Positions 30,571-42,800 of a stretch of DNA of 64,000 nucleotides are shown here, one piece after another. The DNA is taken from the NCBI GenBank assembly GCA_963664225.1, contig OY760937.1, forward strand, positions 5,504,001-5,568,000, written 5' to 3'. Numbering within the stretch: the stretch's first letter is position 1; each line of letters starts with the position of its first letter. Under the pieces are notes generated by a model, which saw only the letters and a list, made by a program, of their open reading frames with translations, had not been told where the DNA came from and did not search any database. The position numbers and the translations under genes are program-made. This DNA comes from Verrucomicrobiia bacterium (lineage in GTDB: Bacteria; Verrucomicrobiota; Verrucomicrobiia; Limisphaerales; UBA1319).

Positions 30571-31250
30571 ACGGACGAAGGAATGGGCGCGAGTACGCGG
30601 AAGGCAAATCAGGGACCAGAGGGCGGCAATATACCTGTTGCCAAGACGGTTGATGGAGAGCAGGCTACGATTGTTGTGAACGACGTGATTGCCATGGGAA
30701 CGGTCAAGCCATAGACCCAATCGGCTGACTTTGATCGGTTCGGGCGGGCACAGCCCTGGAGGCGTGATGGTGAACAAATCAGAACATGAGAAAGGGACAA
30801 TGCCATGGTTTCGACCCATTGGGTGCATGACAGAATTCTTCGGCAAGCGAAAAAGACCTTTAAAAGGGCATGTGAGTGTATACGAAACAAATATAGCTAA
30901 AGCTTCGGGAATGGCCGGGGGGCCGATTGAGGGTCCGGCAAAAGTCAGATCTGAAAGGACGACCGCCCTCATCCCTTCCTTCTCCCCCAGGAAATACAAG
31001 AAGGAGGAGTATTGCGAGCCCTTGGGTTTATTGGACGGTTTGGAGGATACCACCGCGCCGGATTATATGCCCCACACCGCCGACTGGCGTTCTGGCTGGG
31101 TTCGTATGGTTTAGGCTTTTACCAGCTTCCTGAATTTTGTCCTGCACCCCGACCCATTGTGAACCGTTGTATGTGATTTATATGCAATCATGTGCAAATA
31201 AATAGTGTAAAGGCATGGTCTGACCCCTGCCATATGTGGAGTATTATGCC

Positions 31251-33542
31251 ATGAGAAGTTTTTGCTCACTACTTTGGATCGCGGCGCTGTCGAGTTCGAT
31301 TTCGGCGGCCATTGGCGCGGATGGCCTCAGTTCGGTGGCCAGCAACGATGTGGTTTGGAGAACGTTGGGCCGTAATGAGAACGATTCCATGCCCATCGGG
31401 AATGGCGATCTGGCCGCGAATGTCTGGATCGAGCAGAATGGCGACGTGCTGTTGCTGCTATCCAAGGCGGACTCGTGGACGGAGATGGGCAAACTGGTGA
31501 AGGTTGGGCGGGTGCGGATTAAAATGGCGCCGAATCCGTTTGTCGGAAGCTCAAATTTTACCCAGACGCTGGCGATGGAGAAAGGGGCCATCGAGTTGAA
31601 GAGCGACACGGGTTCAGTGCGGGTCTGGGCTGATGCCAATCATCCTGTCGTGCGCATCGAGGCTCATTCAGAGCAACTGGCAAGCTTGGAGGCTGCTCTG
31701 GAACTGTGGCGAACGAACTCTGTCCCATTTTCCAAATCACCGCAACGCGGGGGCCTGTTTGAGTTTGGCGGACATGCCGTGCCGATTGACTTTGGCGCGG
31801 ATACCGTTTTCAACGAAGTCAACCGGGTCGCCTGGTGTCACTTCAACTCGAACAGCATTTATCCACTGGTCCTCAAGCAGGAGCGCTTGGAATCGCTTCT
31901 GGCCAAATATCCTGATCCGCTGCTGCATCGTTGTTTCGGGGCTTTGATGTCTGGGCCGGGGTTGGTGAAGGACAATGACCATCGGTTGCGATCCTCACAG
32001 CCAGGCAGGGACTTTCGGGTCGATATTGTCGAACTGACCCAGAACTCGACGGAGTCCACTGAGAATTGGCGGAGGGCGATGGAGACAAGAATCCAGCAGG
32101 TGGCGGCCCTGGAATTCGAAACCGCCCGGAAACTGCATGAGGAATGGTGGGCGACGTTCTGGAACCGAAGTTGGATCCAGGTTTCCGGCAGCCCGGAGGC
32201 ATCGAAGGTTTCCCAGGGTTACTGCATCCAGCGCTGGATGATGGCGTGTTCCTCCCGTGGCGAGCAGCCGGCGAAGTTTAACGGCGGACTGTTTACAGTG
32301 GGGCATGACATCACCGGCGATAAGGAATCCAATCCGGCGGATCATGACCCGGACTATCGTTTATGGGGCAATAGTTTTTGGAACCAGAACAATCGGCTTC
32401 TATACTGGCCACTGATTGTCACAGGGGATTCCGATCTCATGAAGCCATGGTTTCAGATGTACGCGGGCGCTCTGCCGCTTGTGAAGGAGCGAACCCGGCT
32501 TTATTACCAACATGACGGGGCGGCCTTCCCGGAAACCATGTATTTCTGGGGTCTTCCGAACCTTGGCGATTTTGGCTGGGACAATCCCACCAACCAGATT
32601 CAGAGTCCCTGGATCCGGCACCATGTCCAGGGTGGTTTGGAGGTGATCGCCCAGGCCCTCGATGTTTACGAGTTCACGCAGGATGACGCGTTTGCGCGTC
32701 AGGTGTTGTTGCCGATCTCCGAGGCGGTTGTGACGTATTACGATCAGCACTGGACACGCGATGCGAATGGGAAGATTCGGATGGCACCGATGCAGTCGTT
32801 GGAGACGTATCAGGAAAACGCGGTGAATCCAACGCCGGACCTTGCGGGGTTGAAGTCGGTGTTGCCGAGGCTGCTGGCGCTTCCGGAGCCGTTGACGGCC
32901 AGGGAACAGCGGGAGGTTTGGACCCGGGTGCTGCGGGATTTACCGCCCATTCCAACGGGCAAAACCGCCAAAGGGAAGGTGCCGCCGCAAGGCAAAGGCG
33001 ATGAGAACGGGGACACAATAATTTTGCCGGCAGAGCGGTATGGGAAAACCTGTAACGTGGAGAACCCTGAGCTTTACGTGGCGTTTCCGTATCATTTGTA
33101 TGGCGTTGGCAAGCCTGATTTGGAGCTGGCGAGGCGCACCTATGCCGCCCGCCTGTTCCCGCAGGATGCCTGCTGGGGACAGGATGGGACGCAGGCCGCC
33201 GTCCTGGGCATGGCTCTCGAGTCGCAAAAAATTGTGACGACTGAGTTTACGAAGTATGGGGATCAGCGGTTCCAGTGGTTTTGGAAATCCAGCAATGACT
33301 GGATTCCAGATCTGGACAATGGCGGCTCGGGCATGATTACGCTGCAGCAGATGTTGATGCAGTATGATGGGAAGCGCATTTTGCTTCTGCCCGCGTGGCC
33401 AACCAACTGGACCGCCGAGTTCAAGTTGCATGCCCCCTTTCAAACGACGGTGCGGGGGCATGTTGAAGGGGGAAGGATCAGCAACCTGATTGTGACGCCA
33501 AAAACGCGGGAGAAGGATGTGGAGATCATCAAGGGGAATTAA
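31251..33542 (+). CDS. Exported GH95-like / DUF5703 glycoside hydrolase
   Basis: Signal peptide; DSMPIGNGDLAANVW N-terminus, FWNRSWI, KFNGGLF, WNQNNRLLYW, NVENPELY, LLPAWP. Confidence 0.75.
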   Translation: MRSFCSLLWIAALSSSISAAIGADGLSSVASNDVVWRTLGRNENDSMPIGNGDLAANVWIEQNGDVLLLLSKADSWTEMGKLVKVGRVRIKMAPNPFVGSSNFTQTLAMEKGAIELKSDTGSVRVWADANHPVVRIEAHSEQLASLEAALELWRTNSVPFSKSPQRGGLFEFGGHAVPIDFGADTVFNEVNRVAWCHFNSNSIYPLVLKQERLESLLAKYPDPLLHRCFGALMSGPGLVKDNDHRLRSSQPGRDFRVDIVELTQNSTESTENWRRAMETRIQQVAALEFETARKLHEEWWATFWNRSWIQVSGSPEASKVSQGYCIQRWMMACSSRGEQPAKFNGGLFTVGHDITGDKESNPADHDPDYRLWGNSFWNQNNRLLYWPLIVTGDSDLMKPWFQMYAGALPLVKERTRLYYQHDGAAFPETMYFWGLPNLGDFGWDNPTNQIQSPWIRHHVQGGLEVIAQALDVYEFTQDDAFARQVLLPISEAVVTYYDQHWTRDANGKIRMAPMQSLETYQENAVNPTPDLAGLKSVLPRLLALPEPLTAREQREVWTRVLRDLPPIPTGKTAKGKVPPQGKGDENGDTIILPAERYGKTCNVENPELYVAFPYHLYGVGKPDLELARRTYAARLFPQDACWGQDGTQAAVLGMALESQKIVTTEFTKYGDQRFQWFWKSSNDWIPDLDNGGSGMITLQQMLMQYDGKRILLLPAWPTNWTAEFKLHAPFQTTVRGHVEGGRISNLIVTPKTREKDVEIIKGN

Positions 33543-33731
33543 ATGGCCGCCACGAACCGTTAAGTGGCGCAGGAGTGTCCTTGGACAAAAAAGCGAAGGG
33601 CCAAGGGCACAGGGCGGATGTGGGCCATAATGACTCAACCGCTGAATCTGATTGGGTGCAAGGAGATTAAGGCGGTAAGTGGAAATAATATGTGAAATTA
33701 GAAATAAACTTTGAACGACCGTTGAAGTAAC

Positions 33732-33760
33732 TTGCAAGGCAATCGATTGAGGGGTAGAAT
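33732..33760 (+). promoter_or_regulatory. Putative sigma70 promoter of the giant-protein operon
   Basis: TTGCAA-17 bp-TAGAAT, preceded by an AT-rich tract and 53 nt upstream of ATG 33814. Confidence 0.5.
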
Positions 33761-33813
33761 CCCGCACAGTTTGTGAGGTCGTGGTGGATTATAAAGAAGC
33801 TGGGGATTTTTGC

Positions 33814-36800
33814 ATGAGTCATCAAACCTTATTCCTTTGTACCGCGCTTTTCGCAATGGCGACGCATGCCGCGCAACCGCCTTATGCCACGGACTTTGAG
33901 TCAGGCGTCGGAGCGGAATGGTCCCTGCCCAATGTCGATGCGAGCGAGATTGGATCTTTCAGCCGGTTTTCAGGGAGGTTCACCAATGACAAGCAGACGC
34001 TGACGTTGTCGAACATGACGGTGGGGGTTTCGTATTCGCTTTTCTTTGATTTTTACGCGATCGACACCTGGGATGGTTCTTATTCGGGCACGGGGGATTA
34101 TTTCAATGTGGGCGTGGATACGAACCAGGTTTTTCATTACACCTTCAGCAACTACAATGGGGATCCGCCGAGCAATCCTCAGAGTTATCCCGGGGTGCCG
34201 GATGTGGGACGGTACAATATGGGGTTTGCCGGGTATGTGGATGCGATTTACAGGAATATCGAGATCCCGTTTATCGCTTCGAACACGGTGGTACAAATCA
34301 GTTTTCAGGGGCAAAACCTGGAGGATATCAGCAACGAATCCTGGGGGATCGATAATGTCAGTGTGCGTCCCTCCTCGCAAACTCAAACGACCACGATTTC
34401 GTACACGACGCTGCCTCCGGATCATTCGACCAATGGGTTTGTGTTGGACGGTTTTGGCATTGGGGCGCTTCGCAATTTGCTTGGAACGACGGCGACCAAT
34501 GGGGCCAATTATTCTTTTCGCGAGGCCGGGGCGAATGGCGTGTTCGGGGATTCGGATGATGCCATCATTCCCCTGAACCTCAATTTTAATGGTTACAATA
34601 GCGTTAATTTCACGTTGACCAACGCGCCCTTGCAGCCGGGGAAATACCGGTTCGAGACGAAGGCGGGTCTGCTCGATACGAACAGTAATGCGGTGGCGGT
34701 GTTTGCGCGGGAGTTTGTGATCGCCAATCCGGTGGGAGGACAGATCGAAACTCCCAATAATGACTCGATTGCGACGGCGACCGCGCTGCCGATGGCTGAA
34801 AATCCAGCGGGATCGGGATTTTTCGCGGCGTTTGGCCTGGGATTGTTTTCGGCAAAGGGGGAGGCGGATTACTGGCGATTTGAAGGAGAGGCGCGGGACA
34901 AGTTGACCATTCGGCTGGAAGCCAACGCCAACGGAATTTATCCGCAACTTTATTTGCAGGACTCGACAGGGCAGACACTCAGTTCGGTGGGAGGGGATTA
35001 TTACGGGACAGCCCAGATTCAGAACTACGTCATCAGCAAGCCGGGGACGTATTTTGTGAAGGTGTGGAGCGACAATCAGACGGGGAAATACAAGTTGCGC
35101 GTGGATCAGTCGCGCGGTCCGCAATTGGAGCAGGAGGATAATAATGCGCAGAGCACGGCCAATGTGCTGGGGTTGACGTTCTCGACGGGGACTTACCAGG
35201 CGCGCATTGCGGGGGCGCTGACTGGAAACGATTCGGGCGCAGGGGATGTGTTTTCGCTGGGCACACTGAATGCGGGCAATTCCATCAGCGTAGCACTTGC
35301 CATGCCTGTGGGAGGTTCGCTGGTCACGAGTGCGGCCATTCTCTCGATTGAGGGAGCTGGCGCGGGGAATGGCGTTTCTCTGGCGACAAACACGGCTGGT
35401 TTTTTGAATTTCATCGTGGCTTCGAATGATTTGTATTATGTGCGGATTGCCACGGCCAATTCGAACTTGAATCTGAATGCGCAGTATTTGCTGAGTATCA
35501 CGGTGGTGGATGGGGTGCCGCCGGTGGTGGTTTCCACGAGCCTGCCGGATGGGGGACAGGCGACGACCAACCTGATCGACAAGATATCGGTTCTCTTTAG
35601 TGAAGACCTGGCGCAGTCCGTAAACAACATGGGTCAACGGTATTTGACTTACGGTGGACGGCGGTATGCGGTCACACCCCCGGCGTTGTCGTGGGAGGAT
35701 GCCGAGACTTACGCGCAGTCCATTGGAGGCCATTTGGTCACGATCAACAGTCCTCTGGAAAACGAGTGGATTCGAAGACAGTTCAGCTCGTATGGATCGG
35801 TGTGGATCGGATATACGGACAAGGCTGCGGAAGGCACCTGGGTGTGGGCTGATGGGAGTCCGACGAAGTACACGCATTGGAATTCCGGAGAGCCGAATAA
35901 TTCAGGAGGCAACGAGAATTATGGTGTCATGCTGACATCGGGGTTCTGGAACGATGTGAACGCAGCCACAACGGCCTATGGCGTGGTTGAGATTGGCACG
36001 GGGGGACTGGACACCGATGGGGACGGACTGGCCAACGCGATCGATCCGTTTCCCAACGATGCCCTCAATGGATTCGAATTGCGCGGGGCCGGGGCGGACG
36101 GTTTGTTTAAAACGGCTGACGATCGGGTTTATGCCCTTGTTGCTGATTCCTATTCCGGCGGATTGGCGGTCACCTTGCGGGTGACCGATGGTCCCTTGCT
36201 GCCGGGCAAATACCAATTCGTGCTGACGACTTCCATCAAGGACCGCGCTGGAAACAGCATGGCGGGAAATTATACCAACTCGTTTGTTGTCACGGCCCTT
36301 TCGGGTTATGTCACCTATAATGGGGCGGGGGATGTGACGCCGATCAGTGGCAGCGTAGCCGCGGCTCCGGATGGGTCGTTGGTCAATTATTCCGATGCTC
36401 CAACGGGCCGATATCCCCGGGGAATTGCCGCCGGACTGCTGGATGGGGGCACGAACCTGGATCTGGCGGTGGCCAATTACGGAAGCGGCGATGTGAGTAT
36501 TTTGCTCGGGGCGGGGGACGGGACGTTTTATCGGTCCACCAATTACGCCACGGGCAACGGAGCTGCCACAGTGACGATGGGAGATTTGAACAAGGACAAC
36601 CGGATGGATCTGGTTGTCGTGAATAACAGCGCGAATAATGTCACCGTTTTAATGGGCAATGGGGACGGGACATTTCAAAGTGGGACCAATTACGCGGTTG
36701 GATCGAGTCCGATCGGACTGGTTCTGCGCGATTTCAATGGGGACGGCAAATTGGATCTGGCGGTGGCCAATCAGTCCGCAAAGACGATCAGTGTTTTAAT

Positions 36801-39800
36801 GGGCAACGGGGATGGGACGTTCAAGACGGCGGTCAATTATGGCACGGGAAATCAGCCTTACTCGCTGGTGGCGGCGGATTTCAATGGGGACGGGAAAGTG
36901 GACCTGGCCGTGGCAAACTATGGGGAAAGCACGGTGAGCGTGCTCAACGGCAACGGGGATGGAACATTCAATGCGAAGGTGGATTATCCAACGGGCACAG
37001 GTCCGCGCGGCCTGGATGTTGGGGATCTAAATGGGGATGGGAAATTGGACCTTGTAACGGGCAACACGGATGCAGGCACCGTGAGCATTCTGGCCGGAAA
37101 TGGAGATGGAACGTTTGCGGCGAAGGCCGACTACGCATCCGGTGGGTCCGACGTTTATCAGATCCTTTTGGCGGACTTCAATGGCGACAATCGCCTGGAT
37201 GTGGTCGTGCCCGGTTTTGGCAACAGCAGGCTATGCATACTGCTGAATCGTGGGAATGGAACGTTGGAGTCGCCGATGACATATCCGGCAGGCAACAATG
37301 CGATATGGGCGGCGGCAGGCGATTTTAACGGAGACCAGCGCCTGGACCTGGCTGTGGTCAATTATTACGCGAGCACGGTGACCGTCCTCAATGGAGTTGG
37401 AGCCAAATTGCTGACGGAAGATCCGATTGGCAGCGGCATCCGCATCGGGGCCGGACGCGGGCAGTTGAAAAATCAGAGCGACGTGGATGTCTGGAATTTC
37501 ACGGCAAAAGCGGGCGATCTCGTGAGCGTGGCGGTGGAAGTTCCGGGCAATCCGGCTGCCAGCCAGCTTTATTACCGAATCTACAATGCGGCAGGGGATA
37601 CACTGACTGATTTTTATACCAGTTATAATGGCTGGGGCCAGTCCGCGCCTTACCGGTTTGCCGCCAGCGGAACGTATTGGATCGGAGTGCAGCGCTATTA
37701 TGATTACTTCAGTGAGTATCGGCTGCGTGTGACGCTGGCATCGCCACCGACCCAGATGGAGACCGAGGACAACAGCGACATCAGCCATGCCAACAAGCCT
37801 GCATTGGAGCTGGCCAGCGGGCATCTGACGGCGAGCGTCCTTGGATATTTCGGAGTTGGAGATGCGAATGGCGATTATTTCAATTTTGGCAATCTGGCCG
37901 CTGGCGCGACAATACAATTGACCATGAAACAGCCCTCCAGCAGCGGTCTGGCGGGTGTGTTGGGGATTTACGACGCGGGAGGCAACCTTGTGGCCAACGG
38001 CGCACCGGGGGCGACTCCGGTTTCCTACACCATTCCACCGGGGGGAGGTAGCAACTACTACGCGCGCGTAATGGGGGCGGGCATCTATGGGCTGCATGCC
38101 GCAAGCGGCAATTCGGCGCTGGTTTTCGATGGGAACGCCGACTTCGTAATGGTCACGAACGCGCCATCGCTGGACTTGAGCAATCAGTTTTCACTTGAGG
38201 CATGGGTTTACCCGCGAAACTTTGCGGGGCGTGACCGGGCTGTTATTTCCAAGGTGGGCGGCACCGGCGGCAACAATGGTTATCAATTGGTGTTCGGTCA
38301 GGACGGAAAGCTGTCCTTGCTTTTCAATGCATCGGGCGAAAGCTGGCCCGCCAACAGCGTGTCCACACCCCCGTTGGATATTTTGAATCGATGGACCCAT
38401 ATCGCGGCGACCTATGACAACGATACGATGCGCCTGTATGTCAATGGACAGCTAGCGGCGTCGAATACGATCGGCGCGAAGAGCGTGGTCAAGTCCCTGT
38501 CCAATCTGCGTATTGGTAATGACGACAACGCCTATGTCTTCTTCGACGGATTGATCGATGAAGTTCGGGTCTGGAACACGGCCCGGAGCGCGTCCGCGAT
38601 CCTTACGGGGATGAGTCAGAGTCTCACGGGAGCGGAGTCGGGGCTGGCGGGATACTGGCCTTTCAACGAGGGTTCCGGAGGTGTCGCCTCCGACTTGAGC
38701 CCCAATAAAAACTCGGGAATTCTGGGAAATGGGGTGGCCAGTCAACAACCGGCGTGGGTTGCCCTGCGCACAACCGATCAGCCCGCAGCGGGAATTTTTG
38801 CGCAGTACCTGATGGGGGTGGATATTGCGGACGCTGTGGCTCCGCTGATCACGTCGATTACCCTGCCTGCGGCCAATTCCACGAATCAGATCATGATCGA
38901 TCGATTCACGATCACCTTCAACAAGGACATGATGGCCAGCACAGTGACCAACAGCCTGAGTTACGATCTGCGTTCCGCCGGACCGGACGGCCTCTTCAAC
39001 ACGGGTGACGATGTGCTGTATCCGGTGATCAACCAAAACTATTCGAGCGGGCTTTCGTCGTCCTACCTGATCGGAGATGGTCCTCTACAGTCTGGAAGTT
39101 ACCGACTGACGGCAAAGACCGCGTTAAAAGACCGCTCGGGCAACGCGCTGGCAGCCGACTATAAACGGGATTTTGTCGTGGCCGGGGTGGCGGGTTTTAT
39201 TACGGAAAACCGTTCCAATGACACGCAAAATACCGCGACCTCTTTGAGCATTGCGCCCGGAAACTTGAACGACGGCTCTTTTTACCAAGGAGACAGCGTT
39301 GGGGTTGGCAGTCGTCCCTATTCCATTGTTTCGGGACGCTTCAACGGGGATAACCATTTGGATCTGGCCACAGCAAACAGCAGTGACGGCACCATCAGCA
39401 TACTGTTGGGAAGTGGATCGGGCACCTTTACCAATGCCACAAACATCAGTGTGGGAGGCAATCCTTACAATGTGGCGACGGGCGACTTCAACGGGGATGG
39501 AAAAGCGGACTTGAGTGTGACGAAGGACAGTCCCTATCAGGTGGTGATTCTCCTGGGCGCAGGCGACGGGACATTCCAGGCGTTCACGAATTATACGGTG
39601 GCCAACAGCCCGCGAGTGCAGGCGGTGGGAGATTTCAACAAAGATGGGAAGCTCGATATCGCGGTGGCCTGCCAGAGCGTCGATAAAGTGAGCGTTTTGT
39701 TGGGTAATGGAGATGGCACCTTTAAAACGAATGTGGACTATCCGGTGGGCAGCCAGCCGTATGGGATTGCGATGGGTGATTTCAACAAGGATGGAAAACT

Positions 39801-42800
39801 GGATCTGGTGGTGGGGGATTATAATGGCGACCAGGTCAGCGTGCTCATGGGGAAGGGGGATGGGACGTTTGATTCGGCAGTGAATTACCCCACTGGAGGG
39901 GGGCCGCGCGCGGTCGCCGTCGGCGACATGAACGGGGACGGAACTCTTGATATCGTCACCGCCAACAGTCAGGGAAATTCGCTCAGCATGCTTGAAGGAA
40001 AAGGGGACGGAACGTTTCTGGCCAAGCGGGATTTTGGGATGACCATTTATGACACCTATCAGGTGCTATTGACGGATCTCAATGGAGACGGGCGATCGGA
40101 TGTGGTGATTGCGGCTTATGGGGCCGGACGACTTGGAGTTTTGTTGAATCGCGGCAATTGGGCCTTTGAAAATTATGAGGATTATTCGATGCCCAGTGGC
40201 ATTGGAGTGGTGGCGGGCGATTTCAACGAAGACCTGCGGACCGACCTGGCGGTTGCGAGTTACAGCAACAACAAGGTCACCGTATTTTCCGGAAACAACA
40301 ATGAATTGCTGGCGGAGGATCCCGCAGGAAGCGGGATTCGGTCGAGTGCCGCGCGGGGCAATGTATCCGGCGTCAACGATGTGGATTATTGGAGTTTCAG
40401 CGCGAAATCGGGGGATATCCTGGCCCTGTCTGTCGAAACCCCCGGAAATCCAGCGGCGAGTCAGTTGTATTACACGGTCTATTATCCAAATGGCGCGGTC
40501 GTGTCTGAATTTGCAGCGGACAGCTACTATGGATGGGGCAATCTGTCCCCCGTGCGCCTGAATGTCAGCGGGACCTATACGGTGGGGGTCAGGCGGTATT
40601 ATGACTATGTGGGCGAGTATCGGATTCGAGTGACGCTGGCTCCGGACAAATACCAGATGGAGGTTGAGCCAAACAATGACATCGCGCATGCCAATGCGCC
40701 GACGCTGGTGCTGGCGAATGGACACCAGACGGCTAATGTCGTTGGTTCGATAGGCGAAGGAGACGGTTCGGGCGATTATTTCAGGCTGGGCAATCTTTCA
40801 GGGGGAACACTCATTCATTTGGGGTTGACGCAGCCAACGGTCAGCCCATTGCAGGACATCCTCACGATTTACGATACCAATGGGACGATCATCACCAACT
40901 CGGCCATTCGCGGGACGAGTCTGGACTTCACAATCCCCACAGGGGGTGACGGGGCCTATTACGCGAGAGTGCAGAGCGCAAACCCCGGGGCGGTGCAGTT
41001 TTCGGGCGGGAATGATTATGTCAACGTTGGCAACTGGAGTCCGGGAACGCAATGGACAGTCGAGGCCTGGGTGAAGCCAAACGCCGCACCCAGCGGGCGT
41101 CATGGGATTGCAGGCGGTTTCAACTCCTGCGCGGACTGGGGGATCGTGCTTCAGGACGGCCAGTTCGGAATTGCAACCAAGCCGCCGAGTGGTTGCAGCA
41201 TTACGATCCCATCGGGCGAAGCTGTGACCTTGAACCAATGGTATCATGTGGCCGCCACCTGCGATGGAACCAATGCGCAACTGTATGTGAACGGAGTCTT
41301 AAAGGCCACCGGGCCCGTTTCTGTGAACTATTCCGCCAATGGGAATGGGACATGGATTGGAAGCGAAGCGTGCTGCGGGAACGAAACGTTTTCGGGACTG
41401 ATCCAGGAAGTCAGCATTTGGGAGCGGCCGCTGTCAGGCGCGGAAATCACCAGTGGAATGAGCCATGCGCTGGCTGGAACTGAAACTGGATTGGCCGGGT
41501 ATTGGAAATTGAATGAGGGAGTGGGCACCGTGGCGCTGGATTCGAGCACGCGGAACAGAAACGGCACGCTGGTGAATGGGCCGGTGTGGGCGCGGTCGGA
41601 TCTGGCCGGATTCGCGAGCGCCGCCCTGCCCGGCACGGTGATTTTCGATCGCCTGTATGCGATCTACGCATTGAACATCGATTTGAGCGATTCACAGCCG
41701 CCATCGATTGTCGCGGTGAGCCTGCCGGATGAAGGCAGCACGAACACCACCATCGTGGACCGATTTACCATCAACTTTAACAAGGACATGATGGCAACGA
41801 CGGTCACGAACGCTGCGACTTACGAATTGCGTTCGTCGGGCGCCAACGGGATTTTCGACACGGCAGACGATGAGATTTACACGATCAGTTGCGATGGATA
41901 CACCTCGGGATTGACGGCGAGCTATCGAATCAGCGACGGACCGCTGCAGCCTGGATTTTATCGGTTCACCATCAAGACCGCGTTGCAGGATCGGACGGGC
42001 AATCCGCTTCCGCAGAACTACACGAGAAAATTCAAAGTAGAAGGGGTCGATGGCTTCATCCTGGAAACAAGGAACAACAATACCCTGGGACAGGCGACAT
42101 CGTTGAGTCGGGCGCGCACGGCCACTCCAGATGGCTCCTTTAGGCAGGCTGAAAACGTGAATGTGGAGAATAATCCACGATTTGCGGGCGTCGCCGATTT
42201 GAACGGAGATGGCAAGCTGGACATGGTGGTGGCGAATTCAGGAGCGGGGAATGTGAGCGTTCTTTTGGGTGTTGGGGATGGGACCTTCCAGCCCAGGACC
42301 AATTATGCCACGGGCAGCGGACCGACCGGCGTTGCGCTGGCGGATTACGACAAGGATGGGAAGATCGACGCGGTGGTCGCCAATTACAATGCCAACACGA
42401 TCACCCTGCTTCAGGGCAACGGGGACGGAAGTTTTCAAGCTATAACAAATATCACCACAGGAAATCATCCGCTGTATTTGATTTCCGGCGATTTCAACCG
42501 GGACGGCAAACCTGACTTTGGGGTGACGTGCAACGGTGAAAATAAAATCTACGTTTACATCGGCCACGGGGATGGAACCTTCGATGCGCCGTCGATTTAC
42601 AGCACGGGGACCAATCCTGAAATACTCGCTGCAGGGGATTTCAATGGCGACGGCAAGCCGGATTTGGCGGTTGGAAACTATCGCAGCGCCAATGTCAGCG
42701 TATTACTCGGGAATGGAGATGGCAGTTTTCAGGCGCCGGTGCAATTTGCAACGGGAGCAGGCCCTGCGGCGGTTGCGGTGGGGGATTTGCAGAACAAGGG

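Noticed and set aside
29180..30653. Small repeated ORFs (MLLFHPP..., ..ESLIPAFSIWRRRRRTFSRF..)
   Set aside because: Translations of the DNA repeat; frames are not preserved between copies.
30475..31133. ORFs 30475-31053 (-) and 30689-31114 (+)
   Set aside because: No recognisable motifs, partly built from repeat sequence, and mutually overlapping; left unannotated, though a decayed gene cannot be excluded.
33970..35877. 635-aa antisense ORF, and similar ones at 5874-6893, 43654-44496 and 57405-58490
   Set aside because: Shadow frames opposite well-supported genes, with no recognisable motifs; expected from codon bias.
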